NCBI RefSeq assembly: GCF_964355755.1
Contig: NC_092670.1
Span: 3,834,201-3,898,200 of the forward strand
Source of the DNA: Antedon mediterranea
Lineage: Eukaryota > Animalia > Echinodermata
Direction: 5' to 3'
Length of the DNA: 64,000 bases
Shown here: one piece after another, positions 1 to 12,496 of the stretch
Layout of the letters: each line of letters starts with the position of its first letter
Numbering within the stretch: position 1 is the first letter of the stretch
Program-made: the position numbers and the translations under genes
Notes under the pieces: model-generated
Database searches by the model: none
What the model was told of the DNA's origin: nothing
Seen by the model: only the letters and a program-made list of their open reading frames with translations

Positions 1-1832
1 TCAATTTTGCCTTCTGAACACTCGTCTTTTTGCATGTATTGATGACGAAAGAGCAATGCTTCGGGTAGTGTTGGAACCAATTTTGTGTAGATAACAAGGG
101 GTTTGGATAGTACATGGACGTTTCTTAACGGAAGAAAGTAATGCCTTCGAACATCCAATTCACTACCAATCAAATTGTAATCATGGCTATCACGACCCGA
201 CTGCCACGCCTCTCCTGCATCAACTATGGTGCGCCAAACTGCGGCATATGTGTTGTAATATTCTTTTATACTATTTATAATATACCAACAAAAGAAGAGG
301 ATTGTAATAGCTCGTAAAACAGCTTCTTCGTCTTCGCCGTAGTTCGTTATAATACCTATAGTTGTTAGAACAATCACTTGCATAAGGATATATACAATGA
401 TCATTACGTCAAGTGATAGAGAAACTACAAATGTGGTAAGCATAAATGCACGTATAACACTCCATATAAAATACAATGGAATACATATAATAGGACATTC
501 TCGACCTTGCGCAGTACCGGTAGGCCTGCTAAAGATAATTCCAAACACATATTTAAAGATAGATAGTATTGGTTCTACAGTGAAGTAAAGTAGTGGAAAC
601 ATATACCTTAGCAGACGAAATACAGAAACTAAAATGTCCATAATAAAAAAGGCGAAGCGATAAAATATATTTGAAATGTTAGAAGCAAATGGTCTGTCTT
701 TCCAAATCTGACGATTGATCACAAGTTGAAATCGATTCAATATCTGACGGTAAAGACATGTGTACCGGTTGCTGTCAAAGTCTAATCCACAGTCGGAGCC
801 ATCGTTGAAAACGGACAACGTTGCCGGACGAATAGTAATGATCAGCAATATCGAAGACTGACACCATAGAGCGTAATACGAGACGGCGTCAGCGTCAAAG
901 TCAAAGTCATTGGTATTTGCAATAATAACATTTAAAAGAATAACAAATTCACACAGCATAAACACCCGAATGCTTAGTATCCATGCATGTGTATTACCCC
1001 AGTGCAATATACCAAACTTTGCACCTAGAGGTAATGGAGAATGCAAAGTCAACCTTGGTTCGTGGGTATTTCTAGTAACTTCTTGCTGTGATTGGTTATA
1101 TGAAATGTTCGAATGTTTGCGATGGGAGTCCTTTAGAAACACACCAATTAGCAAGGGACAAAATAACATCACTACATAGCAGATCACAATAATAAGTACA
1201 TTCCAGGTGTAATGTATCTGTGCTTTACAACCTAGTCCATCTGCAAAGTTTAAACATAAATACGATGTAGCGAAAAGGTTGTATGCTCGGCTGAAAAGCA
1301 TATTGTCGGAGTTTTCGAAGCAAAACAGATCGGTTTCACTAACATTTAGTATCGCTTTCATTGCAAATATGATATTATTAATAGAAAGGGAACAATAAGG
1401 GTTTAAATTAAAATTCAAATTCACTGTTATCTCTTTAATTTTTATTGTTTTCATAGACAACGTTTTGAAGTTGACTGGATACGTCATCACACTTGCTCCT
1501 ATTGCATCGTTAACCCACTTAACATTATCAAATCCATACCAAGTATGAAATAACTCTTCATAATCATACTCTTCAGTGTTAAAGTTTACAATCGAAATAA
1601 CATCTTTCTTAACCATAGCAACCAGTTGTTCACCGGTGATGGGTTCGCTGTTATGTGTCATAGTTGGTACCTGCATAGCACAAAATGTTATAAGCCTATC
1701 GTCCTTATACCAGTACCTTGTCCAAGAACATGTCTCATTCTTACCAATAGACGAATCCAAATTATCTTCTCCATAAACATTTTCACCTACAATTAATAGG
1801 TGAATGAAAAGACAAATCCAATATGATACCAT
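1..1832 (-). CDS. Uncharacterised signal-peptide multi-pass membrane protein, paralog A (3' end runs off the window)
   Basis: Hand translation from ATG 1832 (MVSYWICLFIHLLIVGENVYG...) is open to position 1, so the ORF track missed it. Shares motifs with 42273-44369 and 49350-51558 (VPTMT..PITGEQL, EPRL.L.SPLP.G, LHWGN, ITIRPATLSVFNDGSDC.LDFD.NRYTCLY, YAAVWRTIV). A 2-nt deletion near 46 shifts the frame relative to paralog C. An alternative in-frame ATG at 1847 follows a tttttttcag acceptor. Confidence 0.85.
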   Translation of the reverse strand, partial: MVSYWICLFIHLLIVGENVYGEDNLDSSIGKNETCSWTRYWYKDDRLITFCAMQVPTMTHNSEPITGEQLVAMVKKDVISIVNFNTEEYDYEELFHTWYGFDNVKWVNDAIGASVMTYPVNFKTLSMKTIKIKEITVNLNFNLNPYCSLSINNIIFAMKAILNVSETDLFCFENSDNMLFSRAYNLFATSYLCLNFADGLGCKAQIHYTWNVLIIVICYVVMLFCPLLIGVFLKDSHRKHSNISYNQSQQEVTRNTHEPRLTLHSPLPLGAKFGILHWGNTHAWILSIRVFMLCEFVILLNVIIANTNDFDFDADAVSYYALWCQSSILLIITIRPATLSVFNDGSDCGLDFDSNRYTCLYRQILNRFQLVINRQIWKDRPFASNISNIFYRFAFFIMDILVSVFRLLRYMFPLLYFTVEPILSIFKYVFGIIFSRPTGTAQGRECPIICIPLYFIWSVIRAFMLTTFVVSLSLDVMIIVYILMQVIVLTTIGIITNYGEDEEAVLRAITILFFCWYIINSIKEYYNTYAAVWRTIVDAGEAWQSGRDSHDYNLIGSELDVRRHYFLPLRNVHVLSKPLVIYTKLVPTLPEALLFRHQYMQKDECSEGKI

Positions 1833-2209
1833 TTTTGTATTCTTCATCTGAAAAAAATTGTCAGTTCAATATACGTCTGAATCAGTGAAACGCCTATAAC
1901 ACAATGGATCATAAATTGCAATCATCTGAAACACTAAAACTACCAAATTTCATAATCTAAATCGCGTGACAGAATGGAAAATACAACATGACGGCATTTG
2001 TTATCTTTCACCTCTAAATATGTTGTTGCAGCAAAATGAAAAATGCAAAAAGGAAATTATAGGATGACTTTCGGAAAGATCGACAACTTTTCTTTTTACA
2101 AACACAAAGCCGGTGGAAAGTTTTGAAAGTCTATTTTCGGAACTAAACAATGGCCAATACAAAAGTAAATGCAATTTCATACAGCTATTGTTTAAAATGC
2201 CTAAATGTA

Positions 2210-2360
2210 GAATTGCATAATGGTCAGTTGTCAAATGACAGGACGTCCGAAAATCAAGCAAAGGGGTCTGGGTTCGAGTCTCGGTTATGACAGCTTTTTC
2301 TCAGTCTCACAGATTTCCTCATCTTAGACCATTTAAAATTAACCATGGCGGTTTAAAACT
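2210..2360 (+). mobile_element. Possible tRNA-derived SINE fragment
   Basis: B-box-like GGTTCGAGTC at ~2271-2280 with a weak upstream A-box-like sequence; no convincing cloverleaf. Confidence 0.25.
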
Positions 2361-3697
2361 TATATGCCTTTTATTTAGAGAACTGAATATTTTGCTGGGA
2401 AACAACCTAAAAATGTTTACAATAATACAAATAAAAAGAACTGATGCAGATATTTAGTAGATTTAGTAGTTATAAAACCGGCTGCATGCTTTCTATTATA
2501 TTAAGAACATACTAAAGTATATATATAAAATTTTAAAGAAAGTAAATTTGAAAAAGCATTTTAATTACATTGAGGAATACAATTCTAGCTATATAAGTAT
2601 GGTACGCCATTTATCGATATGCAGGACATTGTTAATTTTATCAACGATCCACGTCACATTAATATCAGTTTGCTCACGGCAAACCTAAAAACCAGTAGTC
2701 ACAGCAATATACACATTTAAAAGAAACGTTTACCTATAATAAGTCGACGTGCCACCGCTAGTACAATTCTAGACCAATAAATAAGTTCTTTTCCAGCCCG
2801 GAGGAATAATCCGCTTGCAAATTATGCCTACTGCCAGTCCTGTTAGGCATCACATGATACTTTAATAATTAGCAGTCTCTAAAGCATACAGGTGAATACT
2901 TAAATGAAAACATTACCTGCACACTTTTAGTCGCTATTTTAACTAATCGTACGCGTGACTTATCCACTCCACCTGTGTTTGATTTTACTTAAAAAACTAA
3001 GCATTTAAATGGAAGAATGAAACGACATACCTTCTTGTATCCTACAGAGTTACACGTATATAAAGTGTTTTATTTATTGAACAGTTTATGAATTTCAGTT
3101 TTTTTGTTATGTATATATTGAAATAGATCAAATAAATAACGAAATGAAATGAAAAGCAACACTTGATTACAAAATGTCAATACAAGTGATTTTCTGATTG
3201 ATCTCAGTATGAACAATTGAAAATATAAATATTCTTAAGCATTACTGGTAGCGAGTCACCTTGAACCGACGTGTTAGTAGTCAGCTCCGTCTACTCCGAT
3301 AGGCCTAAACAATTTTAGCTAGTTATTTACCTTTTACAATTGTAACGGAGTTTTTATAAATCGAATTCGAATGAGAGATAACATACACTAGTATGATAGA
3401 GTACACTTCACACCTATATATAAGACACCTCACACCTATATATAAGACGTCATCATGAGTAATTTCAATGTGATTTAAATTATTTCCATTTGCACTTCAT
3501 ACTTCTGAGACGCTTGTCTGACCTTAACCAATTAAATTCATTATACAGAGTATGATAATGGCATAACTGATGGTGTCGTGTTTGAATTGGTTTCTGGGTT
3601 GATTTAGGGCAGTGTGCCACAATCCTCCCCGATAAACTCCGTCATCAGAGCTGCTTCTGTCTGTTCCTGTGCTGATTTTTTTGTAACCATTGTAAAT

Positions 3698-3838
3698 GTT
3701 GTTGATTATATATAGATATCAAGTTTGCGGTACACCACGTATTAGTTCTGAAAAGAAATGTTGAGTTTCTCACTCCTGAGGACGATCAAAGCATCGAAAC
3801 GTCTGATTTGATTTCGCCATGGAAACCTTCAAACAATA
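3698..3838 (+). mobile_element. Short retro-insertion with 10-bp TSD carrying a minimal hammerhead-like core (Penelope-type repeat remnant)
   Basis: Flanked by cattgtaaat (3688-3697 and 3839-3848) and absent from the paralogous site at ~9862. Contains CTGAGGA-CGAT-caaagc-ATCG-AAAC-GTC at 3776-3803. Confidence 0.6.
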
Positions 3839-4081
3839 CATTGTAAATTACTTTGGAGTTTACATAAATTGTATTTCCTTAAACTAATGTACCATATACT
3901 AAAGAACAAAAAAAAAGTGCACTTTCTACAATTGAGTGATAGAATATGTGCATACAGTGTCCACGTGAAAACAGTTCAATCTCCTTTAATAATGAAGTCG
4001 AGTTTGCCCTTTCGAAATTAGTACTTTACAATGTTTTCCCCCGCTTAGAAACATAACTAACCGTTTTACTGTGTTTTTCTA

Positions 4082-7000
4082 TTAACACATGGGTTTCATT
4101 TTCTTACTTTCATCTTCATAGTCTAAACGCCACGTCTTTTGACTTTCATTCTGTGCTATAACAGATAAAAAAAAAGATTAATTGATGAAAATAGTTTAGC
4201 CAGAGGACCAAACCTACACAAGATAGTATTGAAAATAAGACGTTTACAATTAATGTACAGTAATACTGAATTATTTATAAATGAAATACTAAAGCTGTAA
4301 AACGAGCAACAACCTTTTAGAACATCCATAGGGCCTTTAAGTCCCAAGAGCTTCATTTTAGCAATGAATGGTTTCATATCTTTCTCACAGATTATGTCTC
4401 TTGCCTCAAGGTCCATAATCAAATTCCATGTATCCTTATAATCCTGGTCTACGTCATTAAAATGTGTATTTATTTTCGTCATATCTTCGTTGGTCAGCTT
4501 TTCTCCAAACTCTATCAACATCTTTCTGTGAGGCGTGAATTTTGAAATGGTAATATCCCTAACATTTGGGAATTCTCCAATTTCATTACGAATTTCTGTT
4601 TCTAATCCAAATTGCTTCGTTAAGTTTATGGTTTCATAAAGCAAAGTTAAATCATGTCTTGTTAGATGTTCTTTCTCCATTAAGAACTTTAGCAGGTGAG
4701 TTGTGCTAGATGCCTTATCTAACTCACCAGTTGTTAGTAGATCTGTATACAACAGTTTCAGTTTATTGAGTAAATTACGACCATCATACCACTTCGAAAA
4801 TGTTACCTCTATGATTTCAAAGTCACGTTGCGAAATTTCTATGAAAATAAAATGAAAATAGAAACAAGACAATCAGTTACAGAAAAAAAGTGGAAATAGT
4901 ATTTATAATCACATGGGAATAGACCACCCAACAATAAAGATGATGAGTAAAATAATAATGTTCATCATGGTTAATAATATTGGCAACTTTATAGAGCAAA
5001 CGAACAATGTACACTTGCAACAATCAAATAATTCGTTAAAATCCAATTCCCGTTATGGTCATGAATAAATTTAACTAGTGTAAATGGTACATACAATTAA
5101 TTTTTTTGGGGTTATATTGCTTCAGTCAAATGTGTTGTAAAAACATACTGAAAATATATTATGCCTTTGTATTAATATTACAATATAATGTCATTATTGT
5201 ATTTCAAGCTTTTTATTTGGGGGGGGGGGGGGGGGGTGCGTAGATGGTAATGACTGCCTCAAAAAGTGCAGAACACACAATGAATAATTGACACATTATC
5301 CTACAAATATTTTCACCTTCATTGAAAAAAAATTAACGTTTTGCGACAGCACAATTTATTTTAATACGGTCAAGATTAATACAAAATAATAGTGTGTATT
5401 TTTCAAAGCAAATGTAGAATCAACAATTGATGATATTGAATTAGATGAATAATATTTAGTTACCATTTCTAGTTGGCTTAGTTTCGAGGGTTTCGCTGTT
5501 TTTGTGCGTTTCGTTGTTTTCTTGAGTTTCGCTGTTTTCGTGGGTTTTGTTGTTTTCTTGAGTTTCGCTGTTTTCGTGGGTTTCGTTGGTTCTACGAGTT
5601 TGACCTGGTTCGGCGGTAGTCAATTCATGATAATCTTGACAATAAAGAAAATAAGTTGAATGCTCACATTAAATGTTTGCAAGATGTTAACTTACATACT
5701 TAGTCCTTTTCTTTTATATAGATTTTTAAAAAAAAGTCAAATAATGTCAATGCAATAAACTTATAAACTTGTTGAGTGGCTAACTAATTTTAGAATTGTT
5801 TCTGTTTCATATTTAGACTAGATTAAGTCTTATGCGATCAAACTTGCATTTGAATTTACTATTATAGTCATTCATATTTTCAGCATGATCAAAGCAATGC
5901 TGTTAGATTGCTTTAGTATGATGAGGTTGCATTGTTAATAATACTCTGTAGTTTGACATGAAATACGCAATTGAGAGGCCTAAATGTATAAACAAATAAT
6001 CAATTTCAAGAATAGTTAAGCAATGTCCCACAAAATAGTAATGTCCATGTCCACATTGTGTTTCTAATTTTAGTAAGAACTGTCTTTACCGTCATTATGA
6101 TTTCGTCGGCGTGATGTTACGCACCGGTACGATAACACACCAATGATGAAGAATAACAATGGTTCTACGCAACACAATATTATAGCTACAAGAAAACTCC
6201 GTTGATCAGCACAAAGTGTAGCAGAAGTAGGCCCAGGACCTGCAACAATTTTAGTGACAACAAAAATGATTTAAATCATCATATATTGAAAATTGTTTCA
6301 GAATTGTTTCACAATTAATCTTATTAAAAAGAAAAAAATTTTATTTACAAAAAAAGATGTGTATGAAAGCACATATTTGTTTAAATACTAACCTGGGTTA
6401 CATTGTCGATCTTTTGTGCGATTACATTTATCCTCTTCCTATATAATATAAATAGAAATAAAATGAAGGTTCTCACATGACTTCGCTATTTGCACTTGCA
6501 TGTCCGGACTCTTATTGTAAACGGGCATTCATCCAAAAGTATGTTTGATTTTCTATCTAGTGGGTATTTGGTACGGGCCATAAATGGATACCGTGCGATT
6601 TAGATTAATTAGCGGACATAATTATGTCTATACAACACTTATTTTGAAAATTACAATGTCTAACAAGATATTGGGAGGCTCTCTGTGACTGAAAGCTGCA
6701 AAATATCAGTTATCATAGGCACTTTTGAATGTTTGTTCAAACACACTAATGTGTAAATTCTTGAAAGCAATTTGCAGTGTTATGTTTCATTATGTTTAAT
6801 GGAATGAAATACGGGGTTATGTTTTTTTTTAACTATAGTTCCATTTTTGTATACCTACAAGTTCATTATCAGCACACGTACGACAAACAAGACAGTATGG
6901 ACACGCGTTTTGGTAAGGACTGTATGTTTTTTCGGGACATCGTTCACAGACAGACTTGGAATCTTTGAAATTAGCTAGATAATATCCTGGAAGGCATAAA

Positions 7001-7113
7001 TCATATTTGACTCCGTTGGGCGTCAATTTAAACTTCGTGTGGTCTGGAGAGCTTCCATATTCTTCTTGGTAGCATATACAAGTTGATTTGAAGTCTTGAA
7101 TGTTCTCGGAAAA
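4082..7113 (-). CDS. TNF-receptor-superfamily type-I receptor with cytoplasmic tandem DEDs (signal-peptide exon not identified)
   Basis: Phase-consistent GT-AG exons: 7113-6859 (CRD: CLPGYYL..CERCPEKTYS..NAC..CLVCRTC), 6438-6393 (EEDKCNRTKDRQCNP), 6239-6090 (TM: FLVAIILCCVEPLLFFIIGVLSY then RRR), 5634-5464 (repeat linker), 4838-4314 (two DED-like folds), 4155-4082 (AQNESQKTWRLDYEDESKKMKPMC*). Open frame throughout. Confidence 0.85.
4314..4838 (-). CDS. Tandem DED-DED exon of receptor 1 (525 nt, phase 1-1)
   Basis: LKLLYTDLLTTGELDKASSTTHLLKFLMEKEHLTRHDLTLLYETI and ISKFTPHRKMLIEFGEKLTNEDM...LIMDLEARDII align by eye to the two DEDs of caspase-8/cFLIP-type prodomains; the RxDL motif is degenerate. 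Confidence 0.8.
5480..5590 (-). repeat. Coding 18-bp tandem repeat in the receptor 1 linker exon (NETHEN/SETQEN)
   Basis: Repeated gtttcgctgttttcgtgg / gttttgttgttttcttga units, in frame. Confidence 0.85.
6859..7113 (-). CDS. TNFR cysteine-rich-domain exon
   Basis: CxPGY...CxxCPxxTYS...CxxCxxC pattern typical of TNFR CRDs; 255 nt, phase 0-0, canonical splice sites. Confidence 0.9.
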
Positions 7114-7194
7114 CTAAAAAATAAAAGGTTATCATTCAATAAAAACAAGTAGGCATTTTATTAGGGAGATGTGAGTGTGTTTTCTTTTTTATTT

Positions 7195-7242
7195 TTAAAT
7201 GCGCCTTGAGCACTCTGGAGTGGTATGTGCGCTATAAAAATC

Positions 7243-7283
<41 letters not shown>
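7195..7283 (+). mobile_element. L2/CR1-type LINE (or derived SINE) 3' tail with (TTA)n
   Basis: gcgccttgag...gcgctataaaaat stem followed by an (ATT)n microsatellite tail. Confidence 0.6.
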
Positions 7284-8864
7284 GTATGGTGAAAATATTT
7301 ATCCTGTTTTTTATGTAACTAACCATAAATACTTCAGTATGTCCAAACCATGTCCCAGGCTGCCCGTAAGTTACCAATGAACACATGATGACTGCACACG
7401 ATACACATAATGTGTATTTAAACAATATCATCTTCTACTGCAGGTAATCTGTTGTTCAATTCAATTTCTTTTTATTTCGGAAAAATCATCCATATTAATA
7501 AACGTATAAACAGAAAAAAAAAATAAAAAATCGTAAACTCTAAACTTAAGTATATAGAATGCTTCTCCATCTACAATACATTTTGGAGTTATGGAGCATA
7601 TTTTTGAAAACACAAACAACAAGGATGTTACCACTATTCAACATACGTTGCATAAAACCATAGGTAGATTTTCGCATGTACTCATTAAAGGAAGGGACAC
7701 CATGTTCAATAAACATTGCACTGGCACTACTACTTCTAGAGACAGTTGTGAGGAAACATATCCAAGTTAGAAAGAAGCATGTTCTACAGTTCTAGTACTA
7801 GTTACAGCACAGGTACAGATATTAAAAACATGTAGAATATTAAAGGCAGATCAATACAATGGTAAAATGCTGGAAACTAGATATTGTGTCTTGAAAAGTT
7901 GATAGCTGCCAATGCTATAACTGAGTGTAATGTTAAAATCAAAATGGTGGAGACTAAAGGAATGGTAAAAAATGGCACCTAAAGTTTAATACATTCTGTA
8001 ACTAAACAATAACAAACAAAATAAGCTAAAAAAAAATAATCTTAATATTATCTTAATATTATATTGGAGCTAAAACCAACTGACAAACAAAACCACTACT
8101 ATTGGTTTGAAATACTAATTTGTCATAAACAAGTTGCTGCCACGAATATTAATATTTTTACTGTAAGTCAAAAAGATTGCTCATGTGTGGTACTAGTCTA
8201 CCTATATTATGTTGTATTGTTGTATTAAATCTTACCAGAATATCAAATAGTTATTACGTATTCCACGAAGTACCGGTACACGCAACGTAGAACCTATATC
8301 TTAGATTTAAAACAACTCGGTCATCTAACTATTACACAAGCCTACTTTTTTTCTCCAACCGTTTGTAACCGATAGGTTCATGTAGCATAGAGACAGATTA
8401 GGGGTACAACAGTCGTTGTATTGAACAAACAAGAAACGCTATAAAACAAACACAATGATGTTCTATTGTTGAGAAATGTCAAATAGAAGCATACCATTAT
8501 CAGGATATATTGTTTTAGTATAGCGCCCCTATACTAAAAATCGGGGTTGTCTGCAAACAGTAGCGTTTTAAAACGTTGTTAAAAGAAGGAAGAAGGAAGG
8601 AAGAAAGAAAAAAGAAAGAAGAAATGTAGAAACGACTGAAAAACAAAACCTATTCAGCCGTCGAAGCTATATAGCAGCAAGTTTGTAAAACATTGCAACT
8701 AGCGTTGGAAGCGAAAAGAAGTTAGTAAACAAAACATGGGAGGAGAACTAAGTTGTGAAACTATTTGAGACTTAAGCAGACTAGTGAGATAATTATGTAA
8801 GTGGGCTTTTATTATGGATGATGATACACCAAAATGTTCTTTACATATTCATAGTATAGATTTG

Positions 8865-11085
8865 ATTTTAAGAACATACTAAAGTATCATTTGTCTCATA
8901 AATAAAATATTAAAGAAAGTAAGTTTGAAAAAGCATTTGAATTACTGATTAAATTGACAAATATAATTCTACCTACTTTCATTGTTAATTTTATTCACAG
9001 CGATACACGTCACATTAATATCAGGCTGCTCACGGCAAACCAGTCACAGCAATATAAACTTTTAAAAGCAATGTCTAGACAAATAAATCAGTTCTGTTCC
9101 AGCCCGGCGGAATCATCCCCCTGTTAAAAGTCCTACCAGTGTTATGCGGCTTACAAAATACAACAAGTAGCAGTCTCTAAAGCATACAGGTGAATACTTA
9201 AATTAAAACATTACCTCCCTACTTTTAGTCGCTATTGAACTGTATAATGTATACTTTTATCCCATATAGTTTTAGACGTAATAAAGCGTTTTGTTATTGG
9301 ACAGTTTAAGAAAAGCAACATTTGATTACAAAATGTCACTAAAAGTGTTTGAAAAATGTATTTGATTTGCTGATGGATCTCAGTATAAACAATTAAAATA
9401 ATAAACATTCTTGAAAATTACTGGTAAAGCGATGCACATGAAGGTAACAGACGTGTTATTAGTAGTAATTAAAGAGCTATTCAAGCTAATAATATAATAT
9501 ATACTTTTAATAATACAAATTGTGTTTCATATCAATACTATAGAATTCCTGTTCCAAGCCATAATTTCCAATACAGGTCAGCGGCCCAAGGTATAAATGC
9601 AACATTAATTCATATATCTATTTCTGTTGTTGTACAGACACAAAATTATACACATTTTCAATAGAATAATATTTCCGAAAGTCACACTTCTAAAACGCTT
9701 TCCTGACAATAACCAATTAAATTAATTATAAAGGGTGTTGTCATGTTTAAGCATAATTGATGGTGACGTGCTTGAATGGGTTTATCGGTTGATTTGGGGC
9801 AGTGTGCCGTGCACCTTCTTCATTAGAGCTGCTTCTGTCTGTTCATGTGCTGATGTGTAACCATTGTAAATTACTTTGCGCTTACATAAATTTGATTTCC
9901 TTAAACTACTGTACCATAGGCTTACTAAAGAACAAAAACAAAAATGCACTTTCGACAACTGAGTGATAAAATAAATTCATAATAATAGTGTCCACGTAAA
10001 AAACGGTTCAATCTTTATAAATGGAGTCGAGTTTGCCTTTTCGAAATTAGTAATTTACACTGCTTTCGCCGAAACATAACTAACCCCTGCACTGTGTCTT
10101 TCTATTAACACATGGGTTTTCATGTTCTCATTTTCATTGCAATTATAAATACGTTCATCTTCATAGTCGAAACACCACGTCTTTTGAGATTGATTGTGTG
10201 CTATAACAGATAAAAAAAGGGATTAATTGATTGAATATAGAGGACAGAACCCACAATATGGTATCGAAATTAATATTTTTACGATTAATAATCAGTAATA
10301 TTGAATTATTTAAAAATATAATAGCAAAGTTACCTTTTAGAACATCCACAGGGCCTGTAAGACCTAAGAGCTCCATTTTAACAATGAATGGTTTCATATT
10401 TCCTTCACGGATTTCTTTTCTTTTCTCAAGGTCCATTATCAAATGCCATGTATCCTTATAATCCTGGTCTGCGTCATTAAAATTTGTATACATTTCCTGC
10501 ATATCTTCCTCGGTCAGACTATCACCAAACTCTATCAACATCAGTCTGTGTAAAGTAAACTTTGAAATGGCAATATCGCTAACATTTGGGAATGCTCCGA
10601 TTTTATGTTTAATTTTAAATGCCAATCCAAGTTGTTCCGTTACTTTTATGGTTTCAAAAAGCAAAGTTAAATCATGTATTGATAGATGTCCTCTGTTCAT
10701 CAAGAAATTTAGTAGCTGAGTTGTGTTATTTGCTTTATCTAACTTACCAGTTGGCAGGAGGTCTGTATACAACAGTTTCAGCTTATTGAGGAAATGACGT
10801 TCATCATACCACTGTGAAAAGGTTACTTTGATACATTCAAAGTTAAGCTGATAAATTTCTATGAAAATTAAATAAAGATAGAAACACTACAAACAAGGAA
10901 AAAAAAGCAGAAATACTATTTATACTCACACTATTACTATTATGGAAATACACCACCCAACAATAAGAATATGATTACAATAATAAGTTCATCATATTTG
11001 ACTAGTTCTATTGGTAACTTTAGGCCTATAGAACAAATAATTTTATTATTCAATCAAATCCAATTGCCAACAAAAAATTATGGTC
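8865..11085. repeat. Segmental duplication copy 2; partner ~2490-5070
   Basis: Colinear with copy 1, including the DED exon and the downstream flank. Confidence 0.9.
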
Positions 11086-12496
11086 ATCGCGTGGACGCGA
11101 CGCTATAGTTCACTATGTCGGTCGGTCGGTCATCGCGTGGACGCGACTCTATAGTTCACTATGTCGGTCGGTCGGTCTGTCTGTCGGTCCGGTATCACTA
11201 TGCGTTTTATCGCTTTCTGACCTTATCTTGATATCAGTTTAATCTAGCTAAGTCAATTTTTCACAGTATATTCCTTATGGCCAGGAATCGATGTGGTTAT
11301 GTTTTCACGGTGCGCAATAAAAAATTACGTGGTCTACGCACGATTTAACGAAATCACGTTTGTAATCATATCTTCACAACCATGAATCACAATTAAATAA
11401 AATTTGGTACTCATAAATTTCAGGGCATAAATCATCATATGGCAATACAATTACGTGCGTAGCGCATGTAACGCATGCGTACGCATGCTTAAAATTTTCA
11501 AAAATTTATTTTCGATGAAATAAGAGTACGTTTCAGGCAATTTTAAGCGTTTACAAAATTGCCATGAGTGCGCAGATTTTTGCGCGCGCACTGCGCGTTA
11601 AAGTTGTTACGCACTCTTTTTGCCCGATTTCTGTTTTCTTGACTTACTTTTCAACTAGAAATTACGTTATTCGAGCACGTCAAAAGTGTGACAGGCTACG
11701 CACGTGTAAATTAAAAAAATATAACTGTTTTTAAACATTTCAACATTTTTAAACATGTTCAGTAATTTCGGTCAGTTGGTAGGTTGGTCGGTCGGTTGGT
11801 AAACACTAATGAGCACGCGCGACTGCAGCCATCTATATGGCCTTGTTTTAAATATTTCTGCAGTAAAATATGTTGTAAAACATAGGTCGATTACAAAGAG
11901 TTTATTCGTTTAGTCAAATTAGAATTACATGAGTAATATTTAGTTCTTCTTACCATTATTTGTTGGCTTATTGGTAGTTTTGTTCTCTTGGGTGTTCACC
12001 GAGTTGGTTGTAGTTTCATCAACAATACCGACCGGCATACTGCCAGGAACAATTGTTGGACTTTCTGGTGATCTGGAATCCTCAACAGTCATGTTTTCTA
12101 CTAGTTGTTGTGAGTTGCTTGTACTGCTGTTACCAGACTTCTTTTTGAAATAGTAACATCTAAAAGAAATACATTTTTTTGTGAAAGTCGAGCCTGTGAG
12201 ACTCAATGATTAACTAGTCTGACGATAAAGCAACACAAAAGTACTGACTGCGCTTGGCTATAAAATCTGATACAAATAGACCTTCGTCATTTTCACAACT
12301 GAAGTTGCTTTAAACATTGAATATAAAAGTATTCATTACGATAAAACATACGTAATAAATGCGATCGTAACTACCACCAGAAGAATGATGCATAGAATAA
12401 TTGAAAGAAAGGGCCAATTGAATGATGTATCATCATTTGCGCCAACATCATCATTGTCAATAACGTCACCAATACCATCTTTGACGTCGTCTTTAC
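10055..12496 (-). CDS. Receptor 2: TM - Ser/Thr-rich linker - tandem DED (ectodomain probably the HYR exons at 24690-25994 and 41272-41422)
   Basis: Exons 12496-12352 (stalk + TM NWPFLSIILCIILLVVVTIAFIT, phase 1-2), 12159-11954 (CYYFKKKSG...NKPTNN, phase 2-1), 10858-10334 (525-nt DED-DED, paralog of 4314-4838), 10200-10055 (terminal). Open frame with canonical splice sites. Confidence 0.85.
11084..11848 (+). mobile_element. Non-autonomous Helentron/DINE-1-like (HINE) element
   Basis: cgcgtggacgcgac subterminal inverted repeat, (GTCG/GTCT)n microsatellite, and 3' gcacgcgcgactgcagcc...ggccttgtt end. Near-identical inverted copy at 27329-28044. Confidence 0.75.

Larger units (their letters stand above)
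2490..5070. repeat. Segmental duplication copy 1 (3' part of DED receptor plus downstream flank); partner ~8865-11085
   Basis: Colinear similarity: ttaagaacatactaaagtat (2501 vs 8869), agcagtctctaaagcatacaggtgaatacttaaa (2871 vs 9169), the DED exon, the terminal exon and adjacent introns. Confidence 0.9.

Noticed and set aside
2225-2300. tRNA gene
   Set aside because: Only a B-box/T-arm-like motif; no acceptor or anticodon stems.
8236-8500. Candidate first (signal-peptide) exon of the TNFR-DED gene
   Set aside because: A donor-like site exists, but I found no clean open signal-peptide frame in the required phase.
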